A program made the translations under genes and the position numbers. From a virus (taxonomy: Duplodnaviria; Caudoviricetes): a DNA stretch of 55,790 nucleotides. Numbering within the stretch: the first letter of the stretch is position 1; each line of letters opens with the position of its first letter. The notes under the pieces were generated by a model. That model did no database searches and had not been told where the DNA came from. It worked only from the letters and a program-made list of their open reading frames with translations. Of this stretch, positions 55,665-55,790 are shown piece after piece. The stretch covers positions 1 through 55,790 of the IMG/VR virus record IMGVR_UViG_3300028595_000016; one strand, written 5' to 3'.

Positions 55665-55790
55665 CCATCCGCGGCGTTCGAGTGCCTCGGCACCCCAATG
55701 CAGGTAGGTGCCAGTGATCTCCTCCGCACGACCATGGTAGCTGCGAGCTGTCCGCCAGATTCCTACGGCGGACGCCCGTGGGACGCCCGG
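55662..55790. repeat. Terminal direct repeat (right copy)
   Basis: Matches 1-129. Confidence 0.95.

Overview
This window looks like a complete, circularly assembled genome of a GC-rich tailed phage (about 55,661 bp; bases 1-129 recur at 55662-55790). The host is probably a Myxococcota/Polyangia-type bacterium (inference). The minus strand carries a Mu-like myovirus morphogenesis operon: terminase, DUF935 portal, MuF, ClpP protease, gpT capsid, sheath, tube, tape measure, baseplate and fibres. A lysis/peptidase cassette runs across the contig junction. A leftward replication operon holds an Xre regulator, RusA, an SNF2-like helicase, an N4/N6 methyltransferase, an initiator with iterons, DnaB and a GH25-MazG fusion. 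The plus strand carries an early arm (YqaJ, RecT, SSB, a broken beta clamp, an IetA-like AAA ATPase, a dual-frame C5 methyltransferase and repeated promoter cassettes). No integrase or Mu transposase was recognised. The main discovery is at 40714-42931. A nuclease-less Nop-domain (IS110-related, TasA-like) gene is flanked on both sides by 38-bp dual-repeat/dual-9-nt-spacer arrays (18 + 11 units), which is the architecture of a TIGR-Tas-type RNA-guided system. The downstream array ends in an armless tRNA-like minihelix with a T-loop and CCA. All protein assignments come from motif recognition by eye, not from database searches.
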